Notes: generated by a model from the sequence alone, not told the origin. Shown: positions 1 to 14,266, counted from the first letter of the stretch. The stretch: DNA of 64,000 nucleotides from Octopus sinensis (GCF_006345805.1 NC_043003.1:102982001-103046000), one strand, 5' to 3'. Numbers and translations are program-made.

Positions 1-640
1 GAGCAGACTAGTGTGCTTTTTCGTCCCGGTTGCAGCAAAGCCGACCAAATACACTGCAGTAAGTTTTCGAGTAGTGGAAGTAATTTCAAGAGCTGTATGT
101 TTGCTCCGCGGACCACGAAAAGGCATATCACTGTGTTTCACGGGACTTGTTGTGGATGGTTCTGCAGGAGTACGGAATCGATAAGCAATTTTTTGTTGCC
201 TTGAAGTCTTTATGTATCTATGTAACTCGAAAGCATTCAACGTGGGTGTCGCACTCCGCCAAGAGTGCGTCCTGTCACCTCTCCTGTTCATAATATTTAT
301 GGACAGGATTGACATGCACGGCCGGGCTGGAAGTGATATCGAGACCGGCGGGTGTGATATCAGTAGGCTGGAATTTGTAGATGACATTGTACTACTCCAC
401 TTGTCGGAAGGTGATCTTCAACATGCACTTGATAAGTTTGTTGTTGTGTGTTGCTCGGTAGAATTAAAATCAGTGCCGCAAAGACTGAAACACTCACCCT
501 CTCAAGGAGGCCTGTGTCATGCACTCCCTATGTGTGTGGATTTCTCTGATGTAGGTGCAGTTGCTGTTGCTGTTGAGCGTAGCGGTCTTCGTCCAGTGGA
601 AGAAGTCCGAAACGTGGTCCTTTGCTATTCGTAAGACCCG
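1..640 (+). mobile_element. RTE-clade LINE reverse transcriptase fragment (decayed)
   Basis: ORF 212-634 has VALRQECVLSPLLFIIFMDRI (RT QGCxLSPLLF motif) and LEFVDDIVLL (F/YADD). Upstream FRPGC..DQ matches the RTE GFRPGRGTxDQ region. Frameshifted. Confidence 0.8.
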
Positions 641-744
641 CAGAAGAGAAAGCAGGTCAACCCCCGACACCGAGAGCATCGACGGATGGATGAATGCGCA
701 TCCAGGCTCAGCAGTTGCATAGGAAGTCGGGGACAAGGAACAGG

Positions 745-933
745 AAGAAAGAGTGAGAGAAAGTTGGAGCGAAAGAGTACAACAGGGGTCGGGACCCCCC
801 CTCCTGCCGGAGCCTCGTGAAGCTTTAGGTGTTTTCGCTCAATAAACGCACACAACTCCCGGTCTGGGAATCGAAACCGCGATCCTGCGACCGCGAGTCA
901 GCTGCCCTAACCATTGGGCTATTGCGCCTCCAC
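745..933 (-). mobile_element. tRNA-derived SINE, family B (GTGGAGGCGCAAT head)
   Basis: Minus strand reads GTGGAGGCGCAATAGCCCAATGGTTAGGGCAGC (A box) ... GGTTTCGATTCCC (B box). Homologous to 4999-5292 and 2700-2925. Confidence 0.85.
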
Positions 934-1203
934 TGATGTAGGTGCGGAAGTTCAAGTACATTGGGGCCGTTTTCACGAGTGCTAAAAGATAGGAAGCTGA
1001 ATTACACACATACACACACAAACAAACAAACAAACAATACTGGTAGAATCAACGAAAAACGCAACTCCATCTAGTGGGAGATAAATATCAAATTAATACA
1101 CAATCGAAAGAGTTATTAACAGTGGCATGTTTTTCTGTTCATAAATAAACAGAGCCTGAAAGATTGCTCGGAGATACATGGTGTATTTTATAAAATATGC
1201 CTA

Positions 1204-1711
1204 CCGGAAATCCTCGAGTATAATCCGCATTTCTTTCCCAAAATTTAAAGGTCAAAATCGCTAGTGCGTACTATATACGAGTTTAAAGATGAAAAATATT
1301 TTCTAAGCAATGTCCGAGTCTCGATTTGCTGTCCGGCAACTTTTTTATTCATTTTGTGATGTCGGGCGCGGAAATACCTTAAGCTAAGCCTGAAAGCAAT
1401 GAAGTCATAAAAGAATCATCTATAACTTGCAGTAAACAACATTTATTAAACGTTATTACTGTTATTTCTTTGTTTTCTGCAAACAAAATGCACAAAAAAG
1501 CTACACGTTTCAATTATGTTATATATACAATAATAATAAAGGACGTTACCGTATACAGTTTTACAAACCAAGGACGTTATATAGACCTCCTTGACTCAAG
1601 TTAGAGAAGGGGTGCGTATTATACACAAGGTTTAGGTTTTTCAGAGGTACAGCCTCCTAAAAATCCCCTGCGTATTATACTTAAGGGCGGACTATACTCG
1701 ATGATTTACGG
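1204..1711. mobile_element. pogo/Tc1-type MITE
   Basis: About 25-bp imperfect TIRs CCG(G/T)AAATC(C/A)TCGAGTATA(A/G)TCC, flanked by TA at 1202-1203 and 1712-1713. No ORF. Confidence 0.8.
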
Positions 1712-2180
1712 TAGTTATAGTATCATGAAACTATTAGTAGCTCTTTCGGTTGTGTAATGTGTGTGTGTGTGTACAGACGCGTATTAAAATACTTTCCGCA
1801 ATAAACATACGCTGGAATTAAAATGCTCCGCGGAGTCTCTGACATGAGGTATGGGCACTCAGTACCGTGTGTAATGCTTCATATAATCAAAGTGATTACG
1901 TAACACCTGTTCTTTTTGTCATTCGAAAATTGAGATATATAACGTTCTATACATAATGCTTGTAACTAGGATTATGTAAGTTTAGAAAAATCGTAATTTG
2001 TCTGGTCAAAAGACGAACTATTTATATGTACGGATTTTGTATTATAATATTTCATAGACATAACACGTAGGCAAGGAGATTTACTGAAATAAAACGGTTG
2101 TGACATCGGTAATCCGAATAACCGAGAACATCTGCGGAAAACTTTCTGTATGAGAATTCAATAGACTTATCTCTCTTTTA

Positions 2181-2184
<4 letters not shown>

Positions 2185-2236
<52 letters not shown>
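2185..2236. repeat. (GT)n microsatellite
   Basis: Perfect dinucleotide run. Confidence 0.95.
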
Positions 2237-2241
<5 letters not shown>

Positions 2242-2464
2242 CAGAGACGCTGATGCGAAAGTGGAGAACGAACAAAGAGGACGAGAGCAGATCTCAGGCA
2301 ATGATCAGGAAATTATCAGTTTGTCTTATTATTGAAGCAAGAAGTGAACCGAAATAATTTCTTTGAGCTTGTTTACTATAAAATTTAAAACCTGGCTCCA
2401 GTATCCGAATTAAGAAATAGGCGTCGTTTCATTTTGATTCATTATAAGCATGTGTGTGTGTGGT

Positions 2465-2510
<46 letters not shown>

Positions 2511-2699
2511 GTTCAGATAAATGAACAAATGACGTAATGCCCTATATACAATAAGTGATCAGGCTGATTTATAAAAACAATTTTAATCCCTTATATTTTA
2601 TAAAATTTAATTCCAAATATTAATAAACATGTAACTTCATTATTCTCTGGTGTGATTACTTACATTCATGCTTCTCAATATTGTAATTGTGGAGGCTAT

Positions 2700-2925
2700 G
2701 TGTGTGTTTATGAGCGAAACACCTAAGCTCCACGTGGCTCCGGCAGAAGGTAATGGTGAAACTTCTGCTGACTCTTTCGCCACAACTTTCTCTAACGCTT
2801 TCCTCCTGCATCTTGCAGCTCACCTGCGGTGGACCGGCGTCCCGTCCAGGTGGGAACCTATACGTCGGGAAACCGGCCGTAATGAGCCAGGCGTGGCTCG
2901 AGAAGGAACAAATAAAACAACAAAA
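2700..2925 (+). mobile_element. SINE family B, headless copy
   Basis: GTGTTTATGAGCGAAACACCTAAGCTCCACG...CTCTTTCGCCACAACTTTCTCT matches the body of 4999-5292. Confidence 0.7.
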
Positions 2926-3647
2926 TATTGTAATTAGGGTCTTCGTGGACTTTGCAGTTAAAGTGAAATACACAACTACTATTTCTGTTACCAATCATAA
3001 AAAATAAACCGAGAGATATTTTATGCGATCCACCCTACACCTGACAGGTGTCAACTAATTTTGCAAGGTGTCTTCATAAATCAAATCACTTCCATTTTCC
3101 AATGATATCTTAAATTATCTTAAAATTTTAAAGAGAAATTTGAGTAAGTTAGACTGTTCTTGTTATACAACATCAATATCAGTAATTAAATTGGCCCCAG
3201 ATAATTCTATCCCTAACTGTAATCGTCTCCCTATACATTTAACTACGCCTTGCAAACTGTTCAGTCAGTTTGCCCAGAATCTTTGCGAGCATATCTGGTT
3301 TCTAAAAGAAACCGGTGCGACGGTTTTTAGAATTCAATTGTCAGTTGTCGGTCGTTATTCCCTATTTGCACATGGCAGCTTTCACTGAAAATTATTCTGT
3401 AAGCTTTATACTTAAGCGAGAAATAAATTATTCATTTTATTCCACGGCATTTATGGATTAAATAATGTATACGAGATGTTAGGAGTGCTGTAGGCACGCT
3501 TCAGAATACTTACTTTGCAGTCATATACTCTTAGATGCATAATTCTAGGTACAATATTGATAATATTACTTCTGTTTAAAAAAGAATTTATAGATTACTA
3601 AAAAATCCAGATGCGTCTCCCTTGCATACACAAAAATATAAATTATT

Positions 3648-3777
3648 GGATCTTGTCGGTTTGAACAGCAGTTTTTAACATAATTTCTAGGTAACTAAAA
3701 TTTTTAAACTTTGTATACTGGTAGAATGTGTTTATAAAACATCTTTTTCTCTTGGCTTTATTGAGAAAATTCTATAG
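3648..3777. mobile_element. Truncated copy of the GATC-ended MITE seen at 17176-17577
   Basis: About 130 bp near-identical to 17176-17305 (GATCTT(G/T)TCGGTTTGAAC..TTCTAGGTAACTAAAA..). Cut off by a SINE at 3778. Confidence 0.8.
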
Positions 3778-3779
3778 GT

Positions 3780-4502
3780 TCCTCGGCGGAATTTAAACTC
3801 AGATCGTAACGGCAGACGAAATACGGCTACGCATTTCGCCCGACGTGCTAACGTTTCTGCCAGCTCGCTGCTTTATGTGTGTGTAAATATTGGTTTCAAA
3901 TTTTTCCACAAGGGCAGCTTGCGGGAGGTGGGGACGAGTCGATTACATCGACCCTAGTGTTTAACTGCTACTTATCTTATCGACCCCGAAAGAAAGGAAG
4001 GTAAAGTAGACTTCGGCGGAATTTGAACTCAGAACATACCAACGGGCGAAATACCGCCAAGCATTTCGTCCAGCGCGCTAACGATTCTTTTTTACTCTAG
4101 GCATAAGGCCCGAAATTTTTGGGCAGGGGGGCAGTCGATTAGATCGACCGCAGTACGCAACTGGTACATAATTTATCGACTCCGAAAGGATGGAAGGCAA
4201 AGTCGACCTCGCCGGAATTTGAACTCAGAACGTAACGACAGACGAAACACCGCTAAGCATTTCGCCCGGTGTGCTAACGTTTCTCATTTCTTTATTGCCC
4301 ACAAGGGGCTAAACATAGAGGGGGCAATCAAGGACAGACAAAGGGATTAAGTCGATTACATCGACCCCCAGTGCGTAACTGGTACTTAATTTATCGACCC
4401 CGAAAGGATGAAAGGCAAAGTCGACCTCGGCGGAATTTGAACTCAGAACGTAACGGCAGACGAAATCCTGCCAAGTATTTCGCGTGGCGTGCTAACGTTT
4501 CT
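3780..4502 (-). mobile_element. Cluster of four SINE family A copies/fragments
   Basis: Four repeats of GGAATTT(G/A)AACTCAGA..CG..GCTAACG (reverse complement of the A/B-box head GGCAGAAACGTTAG...GAGTTCAAATTCC) near 3790, 4020, 4215 and 4435. Confidence 0.9.
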
Positions 4503-4998
4503 GTGTGTGCAAATAATGACAAAAAGAAAGTTTAGAATTAATGAGTAGAATTAATGGAGGTATCGTTTTCCTCAATGTACGGTTGTATAATTTTAAATTT
4601 TCCTCGGGGAATGAGCAGAAATACTGCATAAATATTCTCTTTCTCCCTCCCCCTCTCACTTTCTTTCTGCATGTCCACTTCTACATATGTGTGTGTTTAT
4701 GTGTATGGATGTATGTGTGTGAGTATGTTTTTTTTTAAAAAAAGCTTAAATTATTATATGAATGAAGAACGCAATGCTTAAAGTATAGTTAAGTTTATTT
4801 GAAGAAAGTTGACGGAGATATCGAGGTTTCGACAAGACTATCTTGGAAACGGTAATTAGTTATATGAATATACTTAAAAGATCTACTGTGTGGAGCGAAT
4901 TGTTTATAACGGATGGACAAGCAGAATGAAGAAGCATAACAGGGAGCCGAAACCAACAGACATTTGAAAATGTAATCCAACATGATATTTATATACAA

Positions 4999-5291
4999 AG
5001 TGGTTAGGGCAGCGGACTCGCGGTCGTAGGATCGCGGTTTCGATTCCCAGACCGGACGTTGTGAGTGTTTATTGAGCGAAAACACCTAAAAGCTCCATGA
5101 GGCTCCGGCAGGGGGTGGTGGCGATCCCTGCTGTACTCTTTCGCCACAACTTTCTCTCACTCTTTCTTCTGTTGGCCTGCTCGCTAGCCAGTGGGGTGGC
5201 GTCATTTGAAGGCTAAAATAATTCGAAGCGCATTGTGACCAGCGATGTGTAGCAACATCTGATAGCCTGGTCGGTCACGGTGATCACGGTG

Positions 5292-5292
<1 letters not shown>
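4999..5292 (+). mobile_element. tRNA-derived SINE family B
   Basis: AGTGGTTAGGGCAGCGGACTCGCGGTCGTAGGATCGCGGTTTCGATTCCC head; tail GGTCACGGTGATCACGGTGAT runs into (AT)n. Confidence 0.85.
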
Positions 5293-5490
<198 letters not shown>

Positions 5491-5574
5491 TATACGTGAT
5501 ATGCAGTATCTCTTCTCAGCGAATATGTAGAACATATGTATTTATATATAGACTCAGGAATGTCTATATGATAA

Positions 5575-5714
5575 TAAGTTTGCTTCCTGATCACATGGTT
5601 CCAGGTTCAGTTCCACTGTGTGGCACCTTGGGCAAGTGTCGTCTTCTATAGCCTCGGGCCGACCAAAGCCTTGTAAGCGGATTTCATAGACAGAAAGAAG
5701 ACCGTTGTGTGTGT

Positions 5715-5760
<46 letters not shown>

Positions 5761-5995
5761 CAGAGAGACAGAGACAGAGAGAAAGAGATAGCGTCCCACT
5801 ACCGCTTGACAACCGATGCTGATGTGTTTACGTCCCAGTAAACTAACATTTCGGAAAAAATTAAAAAAATAAAAATCGATAGAATAAGGCTTTAGAAAAA
5901 GATAAAGTATGGGGTTTGATTCCTTCGGCTAAAATTCTTCAAGGCGGTGCCCCAGCACGGCCGTAGGTTAATGAGTGGCATAAGTAAAAGATAAA
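5575..5995 (+). mobile_element. SINE family D (CORE-like centre GCACCTTGGGCAAGTGTC, internal microsatellite)
   Basis: Homologous to 33846-34280; 3' end GGCGGTGCCCCAGCA. Confidence 0.85.
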
Positions 5996-6096
5996 GATAA
6001 AATAAGTTTGACTCGGCTTCACTCGAAAGCTTTGTGGACGCGTCCTTCTCGTCGAAACCTTAAGTCGTGCGGCGCTGAGACAAACTGTTATTAAAT

Positions 6097-6345
6097 ATAC
6101 CTTCTCCTCGACTTACGACCAAGTTCGGTTCCGACTGGCAGGTCGTAAGCCGATCTGGTCGTGTGATACTTGAAAGCGACTGAGTGAGACACAGTGGCAG
6201 GCAGTGGATGCTTGGGTCTGCGGGAGACCTGCGTTGCTAGATGCTGCCATAGTTATCGCACGCACAGTTGCCTAACGTCCGAAAATCGATTTTTGCTATT
6301 TATTTATTTATTTTCTTACATTTTGCGGTCGTAAGTCGCATTTTG
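6097..6345. mobile_element. Tigger/MER2-like MITE fragment
   Basis: CTCCTCGACTTACGACC at the left end and inverted GGTCGTAAGTCG near 6328-6339. Confidence 0.5.
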
Positions 6346-6407
6346 TATAAGTACCAAGAAATTTCATAAAAGTTAAATTATAATTATTGTATATATATAT
6401 ATATACC

Positions 6408-6532
6408 TAGTGCCGGATTTAGGACAATTGGGGCCCTATGCTAGTTAAGTTATGAGGCCCATTACTTGGACAGGGCCCTGTTGACCAGGGGCCTTTTAAG
6501 CACACCTAAACACAATGGTAAATCCGGCACTG
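6408..6532. mobile_element. hAT-type MITE (125 bp)
   Basis: 14-bp TIR (T/C)AGTGCCGGATTTA; 8-bp flanking duplication TATATACC/TGTATACC with 1 mismatch. Confidence 0.8.
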
Positions 6533-6714
6533 TGTATACCATATTTACTGGGTGGCAAAAGTATACTTCCGAAGTGACCCATTATATGATGGATAACACC
6601 CTGGTATCATTATAGTTTCTCTATATCTGTTAACCCCACTACGTTTTTTTTTTTGAGATCTATCCGAATCGCTTTGCACAAAAAAAATGTTTTCGTTATA
6701 CACCCAAAGTATTT

Positions 6715-7200
6715 ATTCCTATCTTTTATCTCTTATTTGTTTCAGCCAGCGGACTGGAGCACAGACTTGAAGGCTATAGTCGAACAAATTGATCCCAGTA
6801 CTTTTTTTAAAGTCTAGTACAGTGGTTCCCCAGCTTTTCACTATCAAGGATTCCTTTTATATAAGTGAGTTTACCCACGGACCCCAGGATATTGAAAGGT
6901 CTGTCAGCTTAACATGTTCACTGACCCCCAGTACTACATTTGCGGACCACCAGGGGTCCACGGACCACAGGTTGGGAATCATTGGTCTAGTACTTATTCT
7001 ATCGGACTCTTTTACCGAACCGCCAAGTTAAACACACCAGCAGCTGTGGCGAGACAATTACACGTAAGCGCTCGCGCACACACAAACACATGCATGAAGG
7101 CTTTGGTCGGAAGAAAACACACGCCCGAATTGCCCCGTTGTAGGACTGAACCCGGAGCCATGTAGTTGGGAAAGAAGCTTCTTACCACACAGCCACACTT
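6715..7200 (-). mobile_element. SINE family D copy interrupted by a hAT MITE
   Basis: Reverse-complement head at about 7120-7200; tail pieces at 6715-6819 and 6985-7035. Confidence 0.7.
6820..6984. mobile_element. hAT/Charlie-like MITE (165 bp)
   Basis: TIRs CAGTGGTTCCC.. / ..TTGGGAATCATTG; perfect 8-bp TSD GTCTAGTA at 6812-6819 and 6985-6992. Confidence 0.9.
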
Positions 7201-7382
7201 AGTTAATATAACTCATTCCTGCAATTTTAAATTCATTTTTAATGTTGATTCCAATTATTTGAGCACTCTCGTGAAGTCCTTCAAATCGCTAATTGAGCGC
7301 ATTCAGGTTCTCGATGTTTCGGCTGTTTACATACATCACCGGTTTCTCCACGACATTATATAAGCAGTAAGTTTTCTCGTAG

Positions 7383-7703
7383 TGAGGGCGCGTGGCTTAG
7401 TGGTTAGGGCATTCGGCTCATGATCGTAAGGTTGTGAGTTCGATTCCCGGCGACGCGTTGTGTCCTTGAGCAAGACACTTTATTTCACGTTGCTCCAGTC
7501 CACTCAGCTGGCAAAAATGAGTTGTACTTGTATTTCAAAGGGTCAGCCTTGTCACTCTCTGTGTCACGCTGATTATCCCCGAGAACTACGTTAAGGGTAC
7601 ACGTGTCTGTGGAATGCTCAGCCATTTGCACGTTAATTTCACGAGCAAGCTGTTCCGTTGATCGTATCAGCTGGGACCCTCGTCGTCGTAACCGGCGGAG
7701 TCT
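7383..7703 (+). mobile_element. tRNA-derived SINE family C
   Basis: GGCGCGTGGCTTAGTGGTTAGGG (A box), GAGTTCGATTCCC (B box), then TGTGTCCTTGAGCAAGACACTT (CORE/V-like). Confidence 0.85.
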
Positions 7704-7939
7704 TTAAGTTTTCTCGTATCATTCTGTAGTTCTTCAGATGAAGACATGTTATCTATGAAATGGAATGCATTAGAATTTGAAGACCGTAATGACAAAATGA
7801 ATAACAAATGACAACCCGCGCAAGAAAACTGCGAAGAGGTACATGAAGGATTCAGGAGTTGGAAATAATCTGTAACCATAATATAAGAATATCAAGCCTT
7901 AAGAGAAAGCAACGCATATATTATATAGGGAGTGAATAG

Positions 7940-7971
<32 letters not shown>

Positions 7972-8099
7972 AGGGAGAGAGAGAGAAGGGAGAAAGAGAG
8001 AAACAGAAGGGAGAAAGAGAGAGAGTGCGGTAGGAGTGACAGTTTTCTCTCCTCCGGTTCTATGCACCAAAGAGCTAGAGAGAGAAATTTTGTCTTCTG

Positions 8100-8103
8100 T
8101 CTG

Positions 8104-8138
<35 letters not shown>

Positions 8139-8219
8139 GTCTGTCTGTCTGTCTGTCTGTCTTTCTATCTATCTATCTATCTATCTGTCTGTCTATCTGT
8201 CTGTCTATCTATCTATCTA

Positions 8220-8273
<54 letters not shown>

Positions 8274-8279
8274 CATCTA

Positions 8280-8310
<31 letters not shown>

Positions 8311-8320
8311 CTCTCTCTAT
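8100..8320. repeat. (TCTA)n/(TCTG)n compound microsatellite
   Basis: Tetranucleotide runs. Confidence 0.95.
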
Positions 8321-8424
8321 ATATATATTTATATACACACACACACAGAGGCACACAAACCTATCTATCAATCTATCTATTACCTATGTACCTGTCTGTC
8401 TTTCAAGCTATTTATTTATTTATT

Positions 8425-8475
<51 letters not shown>

Positions 8476-8616
8476 AAGGAGAAGGAACAGTGACAAACCT
8501 TGTAATAATCTTTAGCTATACTATGACATAATCTGGCACTAGAAACGCAGCTGGCGCTTTAACCATTTCTACCACGCTCCACATGTCACGTGATGTGTAT
8601 TGCTATCTGTACATTC

Positions 8617-8660
<44 letters not shown>

Positions 8661-8888
8661 CGAGTGGTAACGGGGGAATGTGAATGTGCCCAGTGTTATA
8701 AATTGGTACGGCAGATATTTAGAGAGATAAAGATGCGTGGTAGGGATCTAGGGATCTAACACAGGTTGAAGGGTCCCAGATTTTGAGGAAGTGGAAATCG
8801 GTGATTTACGACCGCGTCTAAAACAGCCAAGATGTTGAATGGAAGGAACAATAATTTAAATAACAACAACAACAACAACAACAACAAC

Positions 8889-8919
<31 letters not shown>

Positions 8920-9499
8920 TTAACAATAATAATAGTGGTGGTAGTGGTGATGGCGGCGACAGTGAAGAAGAAGAAGAAGAAGAAGAAGAAGAAGAAGAAA
9001 TAAGCTGACTTTGGAGGAATTTCAAGATAAGTGTAAGAAAGAAACAGTTGGATGGATGGATAAATTTAAAACCAGACAGACAGACAGACAGACAAATAGA
9101 GAGATGGATGGAGGGATGCAGGGGGGGGGGGGGAAAGCCGAGATATAAATATGCAATATGAGAAAGAGAAGAGGTGGAGGAATAGTCAGAAAGAGAGAGA
9201 GAGGGGGAGAGAGGGGGAGAGAGAGGGGGAGAGAGAGGGGGGAGAGAGAGAAGGATAGAAAGAGTGGGGAGGGGCATTATTGATGTGTTTATATAGCAAT
9301 AAATCTAGTGGCATACATTTCAAGATCGCAACAACAGAATGAATGAAACCTGAAGAATAGATCTGCTGCTGCTGCTGCTGCTACTACTACTACATATTAT
9401 GCTGTTGTTGTTGATAGTTATGATAGGATGATAGTAATTGCTTGCCCAGTCAACTTGTTATTGTCACATGCAGTGTCTCTATCACTATCTATCTATCTA

Positions 9500-9534
<35 letters not shown>

Positions 9535-9546
9535 CTATCTCTTATT

Positions 9547-9610
<64 letters not shown>

Positions 9611-10249
9611 GAGTGTGTGTGGGGAGAGATTAGTGCATCGTTGTGTTGTGGTTAGATGGAGCAGTGTTGTTGATGATGAGGACACGAGCTTTTCATAAAC
9701 GAAGGATGAGACAGACATTTCAGTAATCACGAAGCAGAGAAAGGGGTGGGACAGACAGACAGACAGACAGACAGGGGTGGATTATAGACTCTGTATTTCA
9801 TGAGCTGACTCGGCTGAGTAGTCATAGCATCGCACCGAGATGCTTCGTGGTATTTCTATCAACAGGTTCTCTGCGACCTGGGTTCAAATTCCGCTGAGGT
9901 AAACTATCTTTTTTCGGGGTCGATACTGTGACCCAAGGTAGCGTATCGGCTGAACCGTAAGAACATCGGACCGGATGTCTCGCATTATTTGTTCTGGCTT
10001 TTCTGTTCTGATTTCAAATCCCACTATGGCCTACTTAAGTGGTAGCCTGAATCCCCTAAGCCAGTTTAACATCACCACCTAACATCTTGTGTACCTTTAT
10101 TAGGGTCAACTTTCTTGCAAGCATTCAGCTTGGGTTTCCGGTTTGAAGAAACCGTCCTCATTCTCACCCACCACCTCCACCACCAACCTCGGAGCCTCTG
10201 TAAAGGGCCTCAGACACTGCTCTTTCTCCTGTCCAAAGTATCATCGTTT

Positions 10250-10464
10250 AGCTTTTAGTTGTTTTAATCATAAAACTATGGTCATACTGGGGCATCGGCT
10301 TGAAAAATCTTAGTCGAACGAATCGACCGCAGTACATTTTTTTTTAAAGCCTGGAACTTTTTATATCGCTCTCTTTTGGCCGAACTGCGAAGATGTGGGG
10401 ACGTACACACCAGCACCGGTTGACCAGCGATGGTGAAACACACACACACACACACACACACACG

Positions 10465-10534
<70 letters not shown>

Positions 10535-10697
10535 GAACTCTTTCATTTTCTGTCGGCCAAATCAACTCACAAAGCATTTATTCAACTCGAGACTAAACTA
10601 AAAAACACTTGCCCAAGGTTACAACGCAGTGGGACTGAACCTAGAACCATGAAATTAAGAACCAAACTTCTTATACCATACAGTCACGCCTGCGACT
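10250..10697 (-). mobile_element. SINE family D with internal (CA)n
   Basis: Reverse-complement head CACTTGCCCAAGG...GGGACTGAACC; tail fragments before the CA tract. Confidence 0.75.
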
Positions 10698-11165
10698 AAC
10701 ATATATATATAGATATATATATATATTATATATATATATATATTAAGGTATGTAGAAAAATACAACATGGACAAGAACGTATAACTCATAGAAGACGATA
10801 CAATAAACATGGACAGGACATCGAACCCTCAGTCTTCAGTGTATGTATGTATGTATGTATGTATGTATGTATTATATTGTCACTTCGAGAGAAGGGCGTA
10901 GTTTAAAGAATTTAACAGGTTGTTTCGATCTTCACTATAGCTTCAACGAGTTTCAGTGCAATTTTCGTCAAATTTTATCCAAGATTGTGTGTTTTAGATT
11001 TTGTGCGAGCGCGATTTTGTGTGAGTGCCTGTTTTTCATGCACAATCGCATATGTTTACAGAATAATTTCTAAGAATGTATTTCAATTAAATTTTTCAAA
11101 GGTTTGGCATAATAATCTTAAGATCTGCGTGTTTAGAATCATGTGTGTATAGATATATACATACA

Positions 11166-11246
<81 letters not shown>

Positions 11247-12156
11247 TACACACAACACTGTCGTAAAATAAACACGCACGAGCCATTTTGCTATCATATA
11301 CTTCTACAAGAACATATGATGTATATGGTGGAGGTGGGAGTGTATGTATATAAACACATACATACAAGTAAACAAATATTTATATATATATGCATACGCA
11401 TGAATATATATGTGCATATATATGTGTCTGTGTGTGTATATATATATATATATATATACCACAACACATACATGTATGTATGTATGTATGTATGTATGTA
11501 TGTATGTATGTATGTATGTATGTATCTATCTATCTATCTATCTATAACACACAGATATGGCAAAGTGATACAGACATACATGGTGGTCTTCCGCAATGAA
11601 ACTCACCCAGGCAGTCTGCACTTTAGAGATGAAGTTTCCAGGTGCAACATTGACCTTACACACACACACACTCATTCAGAAACATACACACACACACACA
11701 CACATAAGCATACGTACATACATAAATGTACATATATATTTATTCATAGCAATGTGTATATATATATGCACACAGATAGGTGTACGCATGCATTGCACTC
11801 CCCCAAGAAATACACCGTGTGAGACACGTAATATTAGTTGATAGAAAAAGGAAAGGAAGTTAGGAAGGAAGGAAGTAGGAAAGAGAGAAAGCGATTGAAT
11901 GTTGATCACCTTACCTGATGATTGAGGTATCCACGGAACACGATGCACATGGTTGCTGGTGAAGATAGAACCAATGAGAGACACATCAAAATTACTGCAA
12001 CGACCGCAGTAGATATCACACTCACACACACACACACTCACACACACTCACACACAGACACACACACACACACGTAATACAGAGGCAACACATACACAGA
12101 CACACACCCGCATGAATGTGTGCGTATATATATATATATATATATATATTCACTCA

Positions 12157-12190
<34 letters not shown>

Positions 12191-12280
12191 TGTGTGTGTA
12201 TTTTCTCGAACCTACATTATTTATCACCTTCAACTATACTCCAAACATTACCTGGCCCCCACCCAAATAACAAGAAGTAA

Positions 12281-12314
<34 letters not shown>

Positions 12315-12879
12315 TGAAGAAGACGAAGAAGAAGAAGAAGAAGAAGAAGAAGAAGAAGAAACAAATAAACAAACAACATAAAAGGTGTGCGCGTGCGAAG
12401 GTGCGGGGGAGTTCGATCGATTGTTAGCGCGCATTTGTTATTGTTGCTATTGATGTTGTTGTAGTAGTTGATAGTGGTGTTGTTATTGGTGGCGGCGATG
12501 GTGATGCTGTTGTTGTTATTAGAGGTGGTGGTGGTGGTGGTGGTGGTGGTAGTGGTGGTCGAACGTCGATGATCAGAGATATTGGCATTGGTAATTGTTA
12601 AGTAACAATAACAATGCCGATAATCAAAGACGTTCCAAACGTGATCCTCATGTCAACTTGTTTCCACCCACCCCACTAGCAGTGTTATACAGACAATGGG
12701 ACAATATTATCCGATTCCACTATCCATCCTTGCTTTTTTTTTTTTTTTTGCACGCGTTTAACTGTCGTGTGTGGTTTTCAGGGGAATTTAACTGCTACTT
12801 CTAGCATTCTTCAAGCAACCACTTAGAAGCAGCTTCCTGTTGATAATGTTGGTGATGAGAGCAGTATCAGTTGCGAAAC

Positions 12880-12927
<48 letters not shown>

Positions 12928-13823
12928 GGTGGTCGCACTGTTGTTGATTGGGATGATAATTGGAAAAGAAATGTTGCTGTCTCTACCTCAGATCAGTCAG
13001 TACGCGATCCAAAGATGTTCCAGCCGTGACCAACCCATCTTTTTGTGTCTTCGTGCAAGAAATGCATGGTTACTGCACTATCTATCAAATGTTTCCTTCT
13101 GGTAAGACGTTAGATATGGTGATATGACGGTGATTTGACTGTTATTTCAGGCAGGCTGAGCATTCCTAATTGTTAATAGTAATACTTAATTAACTATTAA
13201 TTAATTAATTAGTTAACCCATCCTAATGCTACCCTCCCCTCCCCCCACCATCACACACACATACCCGATGCTACGTCTCGATATCATCTGTCACCGAAGG
13301 AACATTGTCTTTCTGTTAGAAATAGCAACCAAATCTCCCTTAAATCACATTCTACTGTTTCAGAAGGTCAATGGATAATGTATGTCGTCGAGAACCTTAA
13401 AAAGGTGAGATGACCTTGGATTGAATTCTTTTGATTATAAGCCTGCTCAAACGGCGTTGGCCTAGGGTTAAACAACACTAACACTACGAGAGCACCAACA
13501 ATCATCTTAGAAAATTCTAAAACGTGTAAGAAGATCGATAGCTGTGATGATGATGATCATCATCGTGGTGGTGGTGGTGGTGGTGGTGTAATGTCGGGTG
13601 AGGCTGTTAATGGTTATGTGACTTGCCTCCTTCCATATCATTCATCAACGATTCGAGCGTATGTAACTGTGTGTTATGTCATCGTAAATAACATCATTCT
13701 TTTCTTCAGACAAATGGAAGTTAAGACTCAGCATCGTTGGGATCGAACGCGGAAACATAGGGTAGAAGAAGAAGAGACGAAACGAAATAGGTTGAAAGAC
13801 AGTTCGTCCGACATGCAGCTTAC

Positions 13824-13910
13824 CTTCTCTCACGCACACAGCAACAACAACAACAACAACAAAACGACAACAATGATAACGATAGCGGTGAAAAAGAAAT
13901 ATTTTTATTA
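13824..13910 (-). other. Possible non-coding exon ending in a strong donor
   Basis: Minus strand GAGAAG|GTAAGC at 13824/13823. The upstream boundary is not defined. Confidence 0.25.
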
Positions 13911-14266
13911 GTAAGGTAATAATAATAATCATAATATAATGATTTAATTTCATTGTCATAAGTTCATAATTTGGAAATATAGACTCAATGGAATCGATTT
14001 GAGGACACAAATAAAAGACAACAACGCCAGTGTAATTAGGTGAGGTTCGAACGCCGAATGGCGAGTGACCAAACTGAATGCAAAACATTTAGTTTGACGC
14101 GGTACCAATTGTCATTCTACTGCTCTTCAATAGTAATATACCGATTTCCAAGGACTGTATAAACTCAATCCCTTGGAAAGATTACTGGGGAAAGAGGAGC
14201 GTAGTTGGAATTATAAAGGTTTCTCAATTTTGGCTGAAAATCCCCAAAATGTAACTGGGATACGGG

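Noticed and set aside
7383-7460. tRNA genes at SINE heads (also 23660, 33846, 4999)
   Set aside because: A/B boxes are present, but I see no complete cloverleaf, and each continues into a multi-copy SINE body.
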